64,000 nt of DNA, from contig NC_081393.1 of NCBI RefSeq assembly GCF_030684315.1, positions 10,117,565-10,181,564 of the forward strand, in the 5' to 3' direction. Shown piece by piece: positions 36,001 to 47,889 of this stretch (within the stretch, counting starts at the first letter, position 1; each line of letters opens with the position of its first letter). The DNA comes from Stegostoma tigrinum. Its lineage: Eukaryota. Under the pieces are notes generated by a model. The model saw only the letters and a program-made list of their open reading frames with translations, had not been told where the DNA came from and did not search any database. The position numbers and the translations under genes are program-made.

Positions 36001-39000
36001 GTTGAAGTCCAAGCAAACAACATTGGATGCACTGCCCTCATCTACATACCTGGTTACCTCTGAAAAATTCAACCGAGGTAGTCAGACATGAGCTCTCTTC
36101 AACAAAACCAATATGACAGTTCTTCTGTAATCCCTACTCTCCAGATGCAGATTGATTCTGACCCTCAGAACTGCTTCCAATAGTTTCCTTACCAGACGTT
36201 AGAATGATTGGCCTGTAGTTTGGTTTCTCCCTTGCCCCCTTATTGAATAACAGTACTACATTGGCTGTCCTCCAGCCATGTGGCACCTCTCCTGTGGCCA
36301 GACAGGCACTCAAAATTATTCCCGACTATTTCCTCGCTTGCTTTGCTCAACAACCTGGGTTACATTTCTTCAAACCCTGGAGATTTATCTACTTTTAAAC
36401 CTGCCAGAATCTCATCTCTGCTGTGCTGATTTCTTTAGGCAAATCAAAGTTCTTCGACCTGCTTTCTCCTTCCACGCTATCCCTCTCATTCGTGAACACC
36501 AACACAAAACATTCATATGGAACCTGCTTATGTCCTCTTGCCCCATGCACAAATTACTAGTGCAATCCTGAATGACTCTACTCTTTCCCTAGTTCCCTCT
36601 CCAACTGTAATGTACTTGTAAAATAACTTAGTTCTTTCCTGCATTTTATGTGCTATTATCTTTTCATGCCCCTTTATGCTCTCCTAATTTCCTTTTTAAC
36701 TTTTCCCCTTATTCATTATGTACTGCTCCAGGGTTTCTTCAAAAGCTTGCTCAAAGGGGGAGATTTGAAGAAATACTTTATAAATGAGCAGTAAGGTAGA
36801 TGTTTAGGGAAGGAATTCAAAAACTCTGAGCTCATGTTTAAACATAGAATCCCTACAGTGTGGAAACAGGGCATTCAGCCATCAAGTCTACACTGACCCT
36901 CCAAAGAGCATCCCATTCAGATCGACCCTAAGCCAGAACCCTGCATGTCAGTTGGCTAGCCCATCTAGCCCCCACACCCCTGAACACTACGGGCAATTTA
37001 GCATGGCCAATCCACCTCAGCTGCACACCTTTGGACTGTGGGAGGAAACTGGAGCACCCGGAGGAAACCCAGGCAGACACTGGGAGAAGGTGCAAACTCC
37101 ACACAGACAGTCGCCCGAAGGCGGAATCAAATCCCAGTCCCTGGCGCTGTTAGGCAGTAGTGCCAACCACTGAGCTACCGTGCTGCCCACAAGCAACGGG
37201 AAGTGGTGCAGCAATGAAAACCAAGGATGTCGAAGAGGCAGAATTGGTGAAGTGAAGAGAGTTTGGAGAGTTTTGGGGCTGGAGGGAGCAGGTAAACCCA
37301 TGAGGAAATCTGAAAACAACAATGAACAGTCTTTCCCAAAAAAAAAGCTGTTTGTCCAGGGGCTATCATCAGCCAGCTAACACAAGGGTGGTGAATGAAT
37401 AGATTTGCTGTCATTTAAAATACTAACAGAAGTTTTGGATAAGTTCAAGTTTACAGAAAATGCAAGGTTGTGGCTGACATGCAGAATAAGAGTCGCAGAA
37501 ATTGCAAAAACTGCGTCTCATTTCAAGGCTATGCAGCAGACGTGAATGCGAAGCAAGTCCCAGGGATGCTGTTCAGGCTGCTACTCCTCCACGTCAAGGT
37601 AGAGAGAGAGAGACGGAGAGAGAGAAGTGGCTCACCAACTCGGCACCATTCTCACCTGCTGTAGTGCAAAATGGAGCCATAATCATATTTGGTCTCCAGA
37701 TTGTTGGTGTTTTGTTTCAAGAAATTATGTTCATAACCTGAAACAGAAGCCAGGGAGTCAGTGGTACACACAAGAGCGAAACACAGCTACACTTCTTTGA
37801 GACATTTTTGTCATTTAGCATGTTCTGGTCAACTAATGAAAACACTCCACTAAAAATCATTGAGCATCCATCATGTCAACAAATTTATTCCGGTCTAGTA
37901 GCTGGAACTTTAATCACTCTGCCCTTTCAGCAGAACCTACGGACAGTGATTAATCCAGTTTATAGCAGTTTTTTATTCAGATTCACAGACCTTGTTGAAA
38001 TGTTTGATTGGTAAAAAGCTGCTTTACCTTTCTCAGGCTGCACTTCTAAAGAGGGGTGTGAAAGCAAATACCACACTACTGGGGCAGATCATCGCTTTAC
38101 GAATTCTTCCTCGAGGAAATGGAGGGATTGATCTGATAGAAATCTTCATGATTATAACATGGTTTGATGGGGCAGCGGTGGAAAAGGTAGTTCTAATTGC
38201 AAACAGAAATATAAGTAAGGAACATAAATGCATGATAATTGAAGTAAATATCGAATTCAGGAAATATTTCGGTATCCATTTGGAATGAGCAACCATAGGT
38301 ATCACTCACGCAAATACTTGAGATGCATTTCAGGGAATCCAGATGAAAAGGGAAAAAAGAAAAGGATGATATGTTGGCAGATTTCTTTGAAGAAGGGCAG
38401 GAGAAGGCTCACAGAGGGCATATCACAGGCTTGGACCTGTTGGCCCAAATGCCTGTCTGTGTGCTGTGAATTCTTTTCATGGTCCTCTGGCAGTGAAATC
38501 CTATGAGCTTGCTTTAAGGTTTAACTTGCTACCGACAAGGAGGTTACACACATTTGTATCAAGCGGCAAAGAGTGAAGGGGAAGAAAATGCTTTACCAGG
38601 CCATACATTCTTCCACTCAATCTTGATGTATTTGCCTCGGTCGCTCCTCGCATGTTCATGCCAGAAGCCAAGTGCATGCATAATCTCATGTTCAACAACA
38701 CCTTTCCCCTTCTTCAAGCACTGGTGATTCAGTGACATGACCTGCATTCCACCAACACGGCCGACAGATGAGTAACACCTAAGTGACAGAAGTAAACGTT
38801 CATTAACATATTGACAAAACTGAAACAACAACTAATGTCTGAGGCAAAAAAAACCTCATTGGTTTTGAGACATTTTGGGACAAACAAAGGTTATGAAAAG
38901 CATTTGTTAAATCCAAAATTTTGCTTTTAATAATTCATTTCAGAGTAAATTCTTGGCTCGTTTTTACTGAACCAGCAGCCTTCCTAATTTGTGTAATGTC

Positions 39001-42000
39001 ATGTGATCTGATATTGAGCCCACATGACCATATGATATTTGAGTGAACTGAGGTCATTCAGCACATGGAATCTGCTCCACCACTCAATTGTGACTGATGT
39101 GTTTCTGAACACTATTCGTCTGCTTCTCTCAGAAGCCTACATCCCCTCTCTAATCAAGAAGCTATCCATCTCTGTCTTAAAGACACTCAATGACATGGAA
39201 TTCACAGACCTCTGAGGCAATGAATCCCACTGATTCATCAGCCTCTGGCTAAAGAAATTCCTCCTCATCTCAATTCTGAAAGGTCATTTCCTTCACTCTG
39301 AGGCTGTGCCTTCAGGTCCTGGTCCCTCTAATGAAAACATTTTCTATGCATTCACTTCAGGGCCTCTCAGTATTCTGTAACTTTCAATTACATCCCTTCT
39401 CATCCTTCTAAATTCCATCAAGCACAGACCCACAGACCTAAACTGCTCTGAATATGACAAGCCCTTCATCCCCAGGATCATTCTTGTAACCTCCCTGGAC
39501 CCCCTTCAAGGCCAGCACATCCTTCCAAAACTACTCACAGCATTCCAAGTACCTCTCTCTGACACTCCCAGAGTCCTCAACCACTCCTCATTTGACAAGC
39601 CCTTCATTCTCAGGATAATTCTTGGAAACGTCCGCTGGACCACTTCCAAAGCTAGCACATCCTTCCTTAGATACAGGGCCCACAACCGCTCTTAATATTC
39701 CAAATCCAGTCTCACCAGAGCCTAATACAGCCTCGGCACCAAATCTCTGCTCTTACATTCTAGCCCTCTCAAAATAAGTGTGAGCACTGTATTTGCCTTC
39801 ACAGCTGCCAAGTCAACCTGCATGGTAGCCTTAAGCAAATCCTTAAATCAGACTTTACCCATTTAGAAAAGAGTCTAACCCTCTTCATTCTATCATAATT
39901 CCTTCATCCAGATCATTAATGTATAATGTGAAAAGTTGTGTTCACAACACAGATATCCACAGAACTCCACTCATTACCAGATGCCATCCTGAAAAAGACC
40001 CCTTTATCCCCAAAATCTGTCTTCTGCCAGTCAGCCAATGCTCGATCCATGACAGTCGTTCACCCTGAACACCATGGACTCTTATCTTATTTAGCAACCT
40101 TCTGTGTGGCAACTTGTCAAAGGCCTTCTGGAAATTCAAACATATCAAGTTTGGCTCTCTTTTGTCGAACTTGATTGCTATCTCCTCAAAGAATTCTAAC
40201 AGATTCGTCAGGAATGACCTCCTTTGATGAAGCCACATACTCCCAAGTACTCCACAAACTCATCTTTCATAATGGACTCTAAAGTCTGACCAAAGACCAA
40301 GTTCAGTATAACTGGCTTATAATTTCTCGTCTTTTGTGAATTAACTCTGCAGAGGCTGGTATCCCCTCACTGAGTCACCCTAATTTACACATGCATGATA
40401 CGTGACGCTGGTCTGGTTTTCTCAGAGCCAGCTCTCAGAGTGAGCACAATCACTGATGCTCCCATTTATAACCGAGAGGCAAAACTCCCTGACTGAACCA
40501 GACTAACAGCCCCAATCAGGGAACTCAGATTCTATGAGGTCCACCTGGCTGATCTCATTACAATCACTACATCTTGTCTCCTTGCCATCTTAAACAGAGG
40601 TGTGAGATTAGCCATTTTTCAGTGCTCAGGATCCTCCCTGATTTCAGTGATTCCTTCCGGAATGATCACCATGAAAGCCTTCACAATCTCCTCAGCTATC
40701 CTCTCAGATTGGTGCAGTCCAACTGGTTGAGGTGATTTAACCATCTTCAGGCTTTTCAGCTTCTCCAGCACCTTCTCTTCAGTGATGACAACTACTCTCA
40801 TCTCTCGCCCTGACTGTCTTCAAGTTCTGGTCTGTGACTGGTGTCTTCCAGCTGGAAGACTATAATACAACCTGTTCAGTTCCTCTGGGACTTCTTTGTA
40901 CTCCATTACAGCCGTTACTCAACTGTTATACCTTTACATTTGATTCAATCGTGTCCCTCTCAAACTGCACAGTGAATTCTATAATACCGTGGTCACTGTC
41001 TTCAACAGGTTTCTTCACCTTAATGTTCCCAAGAGAGCTGCCTCACTACACAACACCAAATGCAGAAGTGCCTTTTCACGAGGGGGTTCCACCACATTCT
41101 GCTCCTACAAACCATCTCCTAGATGTTCCGCAAACTTCTTGACTCGGGATCCTCTATCAATCTGATTTTCTGAGACTACCTCCATACTTAGGTCCCCCAT
41201 GATTCTTCAGATAATGTCTTTCATACATGCCTTTTCTATCTCATGATTTATTTTCTGCCCCACATCCTGACAACTATGAGGAGGGCAATATGTAAGACGC
41301 ATCAGGATCCTTTTCCCCTTACAGCTCCTCAACTCTACCCACATAGATTCTACACCTTCTGACTCTAGTCTTGCAATCATCTTAGCTGGACTTCTGATTA
41401 ACAAGGCAACACCACCCACTTTGCCCATCTTCCTGCCCTTTTGATAGGACACTTATTGTTGGATATTTAGTTCCCAGTCCTGATCCCCTTGTAGCCATGT
41501 CTCTGATGCCCACAATTGGGTAACCTCCAATTTCAATCTGTGCGACAAGTTCACTTATCATGTTTGCTATACTGTGCATATTGACGTACAACATCTTCAG
41601 TGCTATGTTGACCATCCCAGTTCTGATAGATGCCCCTTATCTGCTGAGCCTGTAGTTAGATTCTTGACATTGTCCACACACTCTGTCCTCTTACTTGCTC
41701 TGGAAACTTCAAGAACTGGTACTGAGGCCTCCCTCACTTTAACTCGTCTGAAGTTCCTGTGGCCACCTCATTTAGCCTTCCCACTAGGATCCTGGTCCCA
41801 GGATCAGATGGAGGCTATCCTGTCGGTACTGTTCCCTCCTGTCTCAGTAATGATACCAGTACCTCACAAAGTGGAACCCCTCTTACCCACACCTCAGGGT
41901 GGGCCGGTGGCTCAGTGGTTAGCACTGCTGCCGCACAGTGCCAAGGGCCTGGGTTCGATTCCACCCTTGGGTTACTGTCTGTGTGGAGTGTGCATGTTCT

Positions 42001-45000
42001 CCTTGGGTCTGCATGCTTCCTGTGGGTACTTTGGACTGTGCGAGGAAACCAAAGATGTGAAGGCTAGGTGGATTGGCCATGCTACATTGCCCGTAGTGTC
42101 CAGGGATGTGCCGGCTGGGTGGATTAGCCATGGGAAATGCAAGATTACAGGGATAGGGTATGGGGTTGGATCTCGGTGGGATGTTCTTCAGAGGGTTGGA
42201 GGGGCTCGAAGGGCCAAATGGTCTGCTTCCACACTATGGATTCTATGACTAGTTGCGACCTCACTGTTCCTGACTACTTAACTGCATTGCTCAGGAATTC
42301 AAGCAGTGAGGTTGAAGTATCACCCAGCTCAGCTGCAGGGAGTCATGTCACAAATGAGAAAGAACATTTATCGGGACAGTTATACTGTGGTCCCACATGC
42401 TGTACCCACCCGTGAATGGGTTGAATGGAAATAAAATCCTTCTCATCACTGTGAGGCACAAAGTGTACACACGTGAATTTCTCAAAGTCTTTGAAACCTC
42501 GACTGATGGAGCTCCAAGTTTCCTCATCTGAAGAGGAAAAAAGAATTAAATAAGGAAAATATGAACAGAAACACGCTGGACACCATTTATCATCTGAAAA
42601 GGGAAAAAGGAACCTTGTTTTTTACAGAACATTTTCACATGCAGAATTGCCAGACTCGCAAGACATTCAGAACGAAATTTATGAAAGCAGTAATACAGTG
42701 AACATCCAGAAGGCCCATGCTAAATTGCTCCTTAGTGTCCAGGGATGTGCAGGCTATATCAGTTAGCCATGGTAAATCTAGGTTATGGAGATAAGTTGGG
42801 GGGCAGGATCTAGGTGGAATGCTATTCAAAGGGTCAGTGCAGACTCGAAGGGCCAAATTGCTTCTTTCCGCACTGAAGGGTTTCTACGTTTAATGATTCT
42901 AAGTTTGCTCGACCATTCAATACAATCATGAGTGAAGCTGAACCCTAAACATTTTTTCCAATCTGCTCCCTAGATACTTATTTCCCCAGAAACACATGAC
43001 CATCTCAGCATTAGAGATATTGAACAATGGAGTAAACCATTTAACTGATTTAATCAATCCCTAATCCTGAGAATGTGTGCAAGCTCTTGTTTCATCAGCC
43101 AAGAGATACAACTTCTCAGTATCTATTCCAGCAAAGTTCCCAGGGTCTTTTACTTTTCTATAAAATCACCTCTCTTCCTTCTGACTTTCCAAGAATGTTG
43201 GCTCATTTAAATCCTTTCTCATCACAGGACGACCCCATCTCCTAGGAAACATACTGCCTCCAATGCAAGTATTCCTTCAGGATGGAGACTAAAGCCATGC
43301 ATAGTTTTGCAGATATGGTGTCATTAAGCACTGTACAAATGCAGCAGGGATTTTATTCTTATTTTCACTTTTATGTATTCTATTTTTATCTTGAATTCAC
43401 TTGCAAGAAAGGCGAACATGTCATTTACCTTCCTTATTCATTGTTGTGCCTGCATGCTAACTTTATTTGTCTTGTATATGTATACCTAAGTCTGATACCA
43501 ACAATACTTATAAGTTCCATGTCTTTTAAAAAATATTTTGCTGTTACATCCTGAGAACAGAAGTGAATAACTTCACACTTTCCTTTATTATATTCCAGGT
43601 GCCACCTTGAGACCGACTTACTCAAGATGAGTATATGTCTTTGAAGCCTCTTTATGTCCACTGAGCTCTGCATGTTCAGTAAACTATCCTACTCGTCACA
43701 TTTTCAAATTCATTTGGCAAAACATAAATTCCCTTCAGAGAAACAATACTGGCTGAATATGATGGTTCTCCATGTGCATTGGTTGGATCTTTCTCAAAAG
43801 TTCCAGCACTTTCTCGATGACTCCCATCAGAATAACTGGCTTGCAGTTCCCTGTTTTCTATCTGCTGGATTTGATGAATCATTAGTGCATAAACTAAAAA
43901 TTCCTGTCCATGAAACATGCGCTTACTCAATGAACAGCTTATCAATGGGGGACAGATGTATGCACTGTGATGAACAAGCATCAGGATGGCTGACAAAGGA
44001 GATCTTTTAACATCATTTTTAGCTGTTTCATTAATAAATTAAAAGCTTATTCACAGGTCAATTCAGAGTCAATTCATCTCTGTCAATTTTCATGTTAGAG
44101 ATCATTATCCCATGAGTTGCGGAAAGAGCAAGGGTGTGAGACAAGGGCTTAGTTAGACCAGTCCCTGTCGCCCAATAAAATTCATTGTTGAGGCTTTCTC
44201 CAAAAGTCCAAATTGATTCAATTGAGCCTTGTACAGCAGGGGAATCCCAAGTACCCTGTCTTCCTGGTGTTCAATGAGCTATTTTACAAGCATGTACAGT
44301 GTTACACGAGTTACTGCTTTAAACAGAGTAACATTGGCTGAATTTCTATTCTTGACTGGTCATTCACTTTTACTGGAAAATGTGGATGCTGCACAAGAAC
44401 AGCAGTCACACTTAGCTGTGATGTTCCAAAAACTGACCATTATTTCAACAATTCATGTCTCAGAAAAAAAAGAGAAATTGGCAAAATTGAAGATTTGAAA
44501 GAAGGGATTCAGGGCAAATGTCTGAAGTTGCAGCACATCCCCAGCAGAGAGTGAAAAACCTCTTCTGTCAATAATCTGAAAAATGAATGGTCATTTGACT
44601 GAGAAACTGGACAGGAACTCACACGCACATTGAAAAATCTGAACAGGGCAGACCACGTGACAAGTGGGAGAAAATCTGAGAACTGTTATTTACGAAACAG
44701 CTGAAAACATACAAAGGTGAGAGTCACTAGGATTCTCACATACTACCAGCATCAGCATTCGGATGTTGGGATGGGTACTGATGAACTGAGAATGGAAGAA
44801 TTCTTGTTTCTGTCCATCTCAGTGAGTCCATTGAGGCTGTACAGCTGGAAGACCAGCTGCTGGATTTCCACATAAGAATGACTGAAAGCATCAGCACGTG
44901 AAATCAGTCACAACTGAGCTATTCTGAGCCAATTATGAGCAACACCAAAGGTTTTCCAGCTAGCTTTTTTCAAAAGAAGACAAATGATTTTTAACCCAAG

Positions 45001-46144
45001 TTTTCAGGCAGAACTCACCGTATTGTTGTGATATTTCATATGGAATTCTCACTACGCCATCTGGCGATTTCTGCCATGTCTTGGTATCAGACACCACAGC
45101 ATTTCTCCATAGCTGATTGAAGGGGTAAAGAAGATAGTAAGTTGTGTGCACACAGCATCTCAAAGATGGGATACACATGCAATACAAGAACAATGTACCA
45201 GAGATATAAGCTTTAAAACTAATAAACATGTTGCCTCACTATCAAAATATTGCAGAATCCCAAGAATCATCATGAGTGCATCTATTAAGTCATCAGTAAT
45301 GTGGAAACAATCAAACTTTAAGAGGCAAAAAATAAACATCAAGTTGCACCAAAATCTAAGACACTTTCTAGAACAAAATATAATCAGTGTCAACACAGTA
45401 TATAATGCACTCTCTCACAGTTAGAAGGGGTCATGGAGCATCCTGCATTCATCGGTAAAAAACTGAAATACAACTGAAAGGAACTTACAGGTTTGACAAT
45501 GTCACCTTCAATGAGGAAGTTCCTCCATGGCTTTTCATATCGAAATATTCCTATAAGCAGGAGAGCAAATGTTCATAGCTTGATCCATCAGCCCAATCAA
45601 GATGCTGTATCAAGCAGCCAGTGTCAAGAAGACAATTACAGTACTAACACAGTAATTTACAACATGGCAATGCAATTAAACATGTCGATTGATTTTGAAC
45701 TGCTGCAAAAAAATCTATACTTGGGGAGTGGACAAATTTCTATTTCATTGTTGGGCAAGTTGCAGTGGAGGGGAGTTTGGAAAGAGAGATCGATCTCTGG
45801 AAGTCATACAGTTAAAGGAGTGCCTGGCAGCTACTGAAGAACAGTTTCAAGACAGTGAAGTATAGCAAGATGTTAATTCAGGAACTTACGCTGGTTAATC
45901 CTGACAATTGCATCCTCTGCTGTAACGACTGTCTTGGTTTGAACAGTATCCAGAAGAAAGCTGTTGTTTTGCTTCTTAACCTCGCTCTGTCTGACTGCTG
46001 CAGTATTTACAGAGACAGTTGTTACAACAGAGAGATTAGAATATCTTGCTCATAGGACAAAGTGAAAAGAAAACCGCCACTACCTTTCAGTACAACAGCC
46101 AAGATGAGAAACAGGAATTGCCACTCTCTGTTCTTTAAACTCAT
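23884..46144 (-). CDS. ASTL: Ovastacin (ASTL)-like astacin metalloendopeptidase with mucin-like stalk and C-terminal MAM domain; spliced CDS of 12 exons, about 1609 aa
   Basis: Exons 46084-46144, 45890-45997, 45489-45550, 45019-45112, 42410-42527, 38597-38778, 37656-37737, 34296-34456, 28843-32391, 27563-27688, 26925-27055, 23884-24039; all introns GT-AG, phase-compatible, 4830 nt total with no internal stop; zinc motif HEIMHALGFWHEHARSDR. Symbol assigned by similarity; orthology not proven. Confidence 0.8.
24878..25782. mobile_element. Probable solo LTR (905 bp) inserted into a CR1 fragment in the last intron of the astacin-like gene
   Basis: Termini TGTTAC...GCAACA, 4-bp TSD aggg (24874-24877, 25783-25786); CR1 sequence lies on both sides. 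Confidence 0.6.
26925..27055 (-). CDS. Astacin-like gene exon 11 (MAM domain)
   Basis: 131 nt, (G)SLNVFLKYEQSTSWHKLWSVSGNQGRKWLNAEIDIFTNGDKFR; LW...GNQG..W MAM motif. Confidence 0.9.
27563..27688 (-). CDS. Astacin-like gene exon 10 (MAM domain)
   Basis: 126 nt, (G)RYLYLEASFPQQSGEQATLVSPPLRGQKCLTFWYNMFGKHM; canonical MAM motifs. Confidence 0.9.
28843..32391 (-). CDS. Astacin-like gene exon 9 (3549 nt: linker, Pro/Thr/Ser mucin-like repeat, start of MAM domain)
   Basis: Inside ORF 28817-32434; pyrimidine-rich acceptor at 32392-32393 in phase 1, matching exon 8; ends CDFELGLCDWEQSTTDDFDW...TGPKRDHTKGQCKARG then gtaagg donor. Confidence 0.82.
29240..31270 (-). repeat. Coding 30-bp tandem repeat (about 67 units) encoding DTLPVS(T/S)xx(T/A/I) decapeptides
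   Basis: actggcagagtgtctg core recurs every 30 nt with no indels; gives a Pro/Thr/Ser-rich mucin-like translation. Confidence 0.97.
34296..34456 (-). CDS. Astacin-like gene exon 8 (end of protease domain)
   Basis: 161 nt, (R)TAFSKNGQPTLRPLIETDIMIGQRIRLSELDLLKINRLYNCTMHLKDKANVLK; IGQR..LS..D...IN.LY.C motif. Confidence 0.92.
34610..36730 (-). mobile_element. Degraded CR1 LINE relic
   Basis: RT remnants in ORF 34953-35204 and GVPQGLVL-like sequence near 35850. Confidence 0.7.
34710..34921. mobile_element. Fold-back Penelope-terminus element (astacin-like gene intron 7, inside a CR1 relic)
   Basis: Inverted arms; TSD agctaactattc(a/t)ca at 34695-34709 and 34922-34936. Confidence 0.85.
36845..37188 (-). 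mobile_element. tRNA-derived SINE (HE1/V-SINE-like)
   Basis: 5' gggcagcacggtagctcagtgg (A box), degenerate B box, central gtgtggagtttgcac...ggtttcctcc core, CR1-like tail. Confidence 0.85.
37656..37737 (-). CDS. Astacin-like gene exon 7 (Met-turn region)
   Basis: 82 nt, (G)YEHNFLKQNTNNLETKYDYGSILHYS; YDYxSxxHY motif with Leu at the Met position. Confidence 0.92.
38597..38778 (-). CDS. Astacin-like gene exon 6 (zinc-binding active site)
   Basis: 182 nt, CYSSVGRVGGMQVMSLNHQCLKKGKGVVEHEIMHALGFWHEHARSDRGKYIKIEWKNVWP; astacin HExxHxxGxxHExxRxDR signature. Confidence 0.96.
39050..41640 (-). mobile_element. Degraded CR1 LINE relic (endonuclease and RT remnants)
   Basis: ORFs 39942-40238 (TNLLEFFE, FQKAFDKLPH) and 41207-41615 (GGVALL, YCPP). 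Confidence 0.75.
40335..40571 (-). mobile_element. Probable short solo LTR inserted into a CR1 relic
   Basis: TG...CA termini, tctt(t/g) flanking repeat, TATA-like ttataaa on the minus strand; interrupts CR1 sequence. Confidence 0.55.
41897..42249 (+). mobile_element. tRNA-derived SINE (HE1/V-SINE-like)
   Basis: A box tggctcagtgg, B box ggttcgattcc, same core and tail as 36845-37188. Confidence 0.85.
42410..42527 (-). CDS. Astacin-like gene exon 5
   Basis: 118 nt, (D)EETWSSISRGFKDFEKFTCVHFVPHSDEKDFISIQPIH(G); TC.xF and DFISI motifs. Confidence 0.9.
45019..45112 (-). CDS. Astacin-like gene exon 4 (activation site, start of protease domain)
   Basis: 94 nt, LWRNAVVSDTKTWQKSPDGVVRIPYEISQQY; R-NA maturation site and W...G.V.IPY motif. 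Confidence 0.9.
45489..45550 (-). CDS. Astacin-like gene exon 3 (prodomain aspartate switch)
   Basis: 62 nt, (R)IFRYEKPWRNFLIEGDIVKP with the astacin propeptide EGDI motif. Confidence 0.88.
45890..45997 (-). CDS. Astacin-like gene exon 2 (prodomain)
   Basis: 108 nt, (A)VRQSEVKKQNNSFLLDTVQTKTVVTAEDAIVRINQ; ends in the I..IN prodomain motif; gtaagt donor. Confidence 0.78.
46084..46144 (-). CDS. Astacin-like gene exon 1 (signal peptide)
   Basis: MSLKNREWQFLFLILAVVLK: basic N-region plus hydrophobic core; GT donor in phase 1; not in the ORF track because it is short. Confidence 0.7.
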
Positions 46145-47889
46145 GACTCAGCAGAAATATCAAAAATTGGTATTCAGCATCAGCAGCTTCTAGAAACATC
46201 AGGAGGCAGTAAAAAATTAACGAACAAAGGAACCAAAGCATGTTGGCATTCTGCAACACTTCTAAATAGTTGGACCAAGCTGACAAATGCGCTTAGACAT
46301 TTTATCAAAGCCATTTCCACCAATCAACTGTGGACTGGTGCAGTATCTATGTTATAACTTGTTCAGAGCACAACTTGTTCAAAATGGCTGGTCATACCAG
46401 CATCTTGCTCACATGCATGATAAAAAATCTGTTTTGACTTCTTTTTTTCTGTACAGCTACATAAACAAATCAACTACACATACCACTTTTATTCCTCATA
46501 GGCTTAGTATACCCATTCTCTGTGACTTTCCTCCCTCAGTTCATGGCAAATAAAACCCAACGTGGTCAGAGCGGGGTAATGAATAAACCATGCACACACA
46601 GCTAGCTTGCAGCACTGAGTTACAGAAAGTAAGGGAAAAGTTACTATTTGGGAAGAGGCGGAGGCAGAGAAAACCAAAAAGCAAGAACCCTAATCTGAAA
46701 TATGTGCTGAATGTACAATGTTTTGTTAACTGACTGCGTTATATCACTGTGTTGACCCAAATTGCTGAAAGCATTTTAAAAATGAGGAGGCATTTTATTT
46801 TGACATTGAAAAGAGCAAACAACAGCAGAGTTGCTTATTGGCAGCACAGCCTGGTTGCAACACATTTGGAACTGGACAGATAGTAGCTTCTAACTTCTCA
46901 AACATAAAACAATGATATTCTTCAACCCAAGTGGAACTTGATCTCACAAACTCAATTCCAGCATAGAAGTCTGTTTATTGACTTTAAAAATCCAGAATGA
47001 AATGTGTCACCCCAGTTCTCACTGATCTACACTGATCCCCAGTGTAGCTCAATTTTAATATTTTTGTTCTTGTTTTCAAATTGTTCCATGTGCCCTCCCT
47101 GTCTCTGTAATCACATCCAGTCCTACCATCCAACAAAATCTCTGCATGCCTCCAATTCTTGCACCTTAATCCAGCCCCTCATATATCACTTCACAACTGG
47201 CTCATGTGTTCAGCTGCCGACATACTAAACTCTTGAATTCCCTCTTTCTGAGCCTTTAAGATGATTCCTAAGACTGACTGTAATCATTCAACTTTTGACC
47301 ATTTGCTCTAATGCCTCATTTGAAGCACTTTGGAGTGTTTCCTTTATTGAACATTTTTCACTGAGAGAAATTTTTCAGCTTATTTGACACAGTGAGCATG
47401 AGGCATTCATCAATGCAAATTAGCATACTCACCTCCCCTGTATGGGATAATGTTTGGTAAAATAACACAACAGTCAAGTTGGGATTTGAATCTATCCCTG
47501 TAGTTCAACGTTTCTTTTGTTGGCTCATTCCCACAATACTTCGTCTTCAATATCTCCTTTGCTTTCCACTGATTAGAATGAGACACACTATTGAAGTGGA
47601 ATGTTTGCTGAGCATTCTTCAATTCTTCCAAGCCTTGCTCTAGATGTATAATGGGGTTTTGGCATCCACCTTTTGAGATGACTGACCTGTGGTAATTTGA
47701 CATGTTAAAAGTGCTGCATTCACTGACATCTCTTGATTTAGGAACTTTACCCTCCGCTATTTTGTCATTTTTCAAGGAATATGTATGGTTTGGAGAATGT
47801 GGGCCAGAAGCAGGCAGGTGGGACTAGTTTAGTTTGGGATATGTTTTGCATAGACTGGTTGGACCAAAGGGTCTGTTTCCATGCCGTTT

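Noticed and set aside
36845-42249. tRNA genes at the A/B-box sequences
   Set aside because: They are tRNA-derived SINE heads followed by SINE core and LINE-like tail, with no complete cloverleaf.
23884-46144. Meprin or hatching enzyme as the identity of the protease
   Set aside because: There are no TRAF, EGF or TM domains and MAM is not adjacent to the protease, unlike meprin. It lacks the two extra N-terminal cysteines and the CUB domains seen in hatching enzymes and C6 astacins.
46080-46286. Listed 68-aa minus ORF as the first exon of the protease
   Set aside because: It is out of frame with exon 2. The overlapping frame from ATG 46144 gives a signal peptide and the correct phase.
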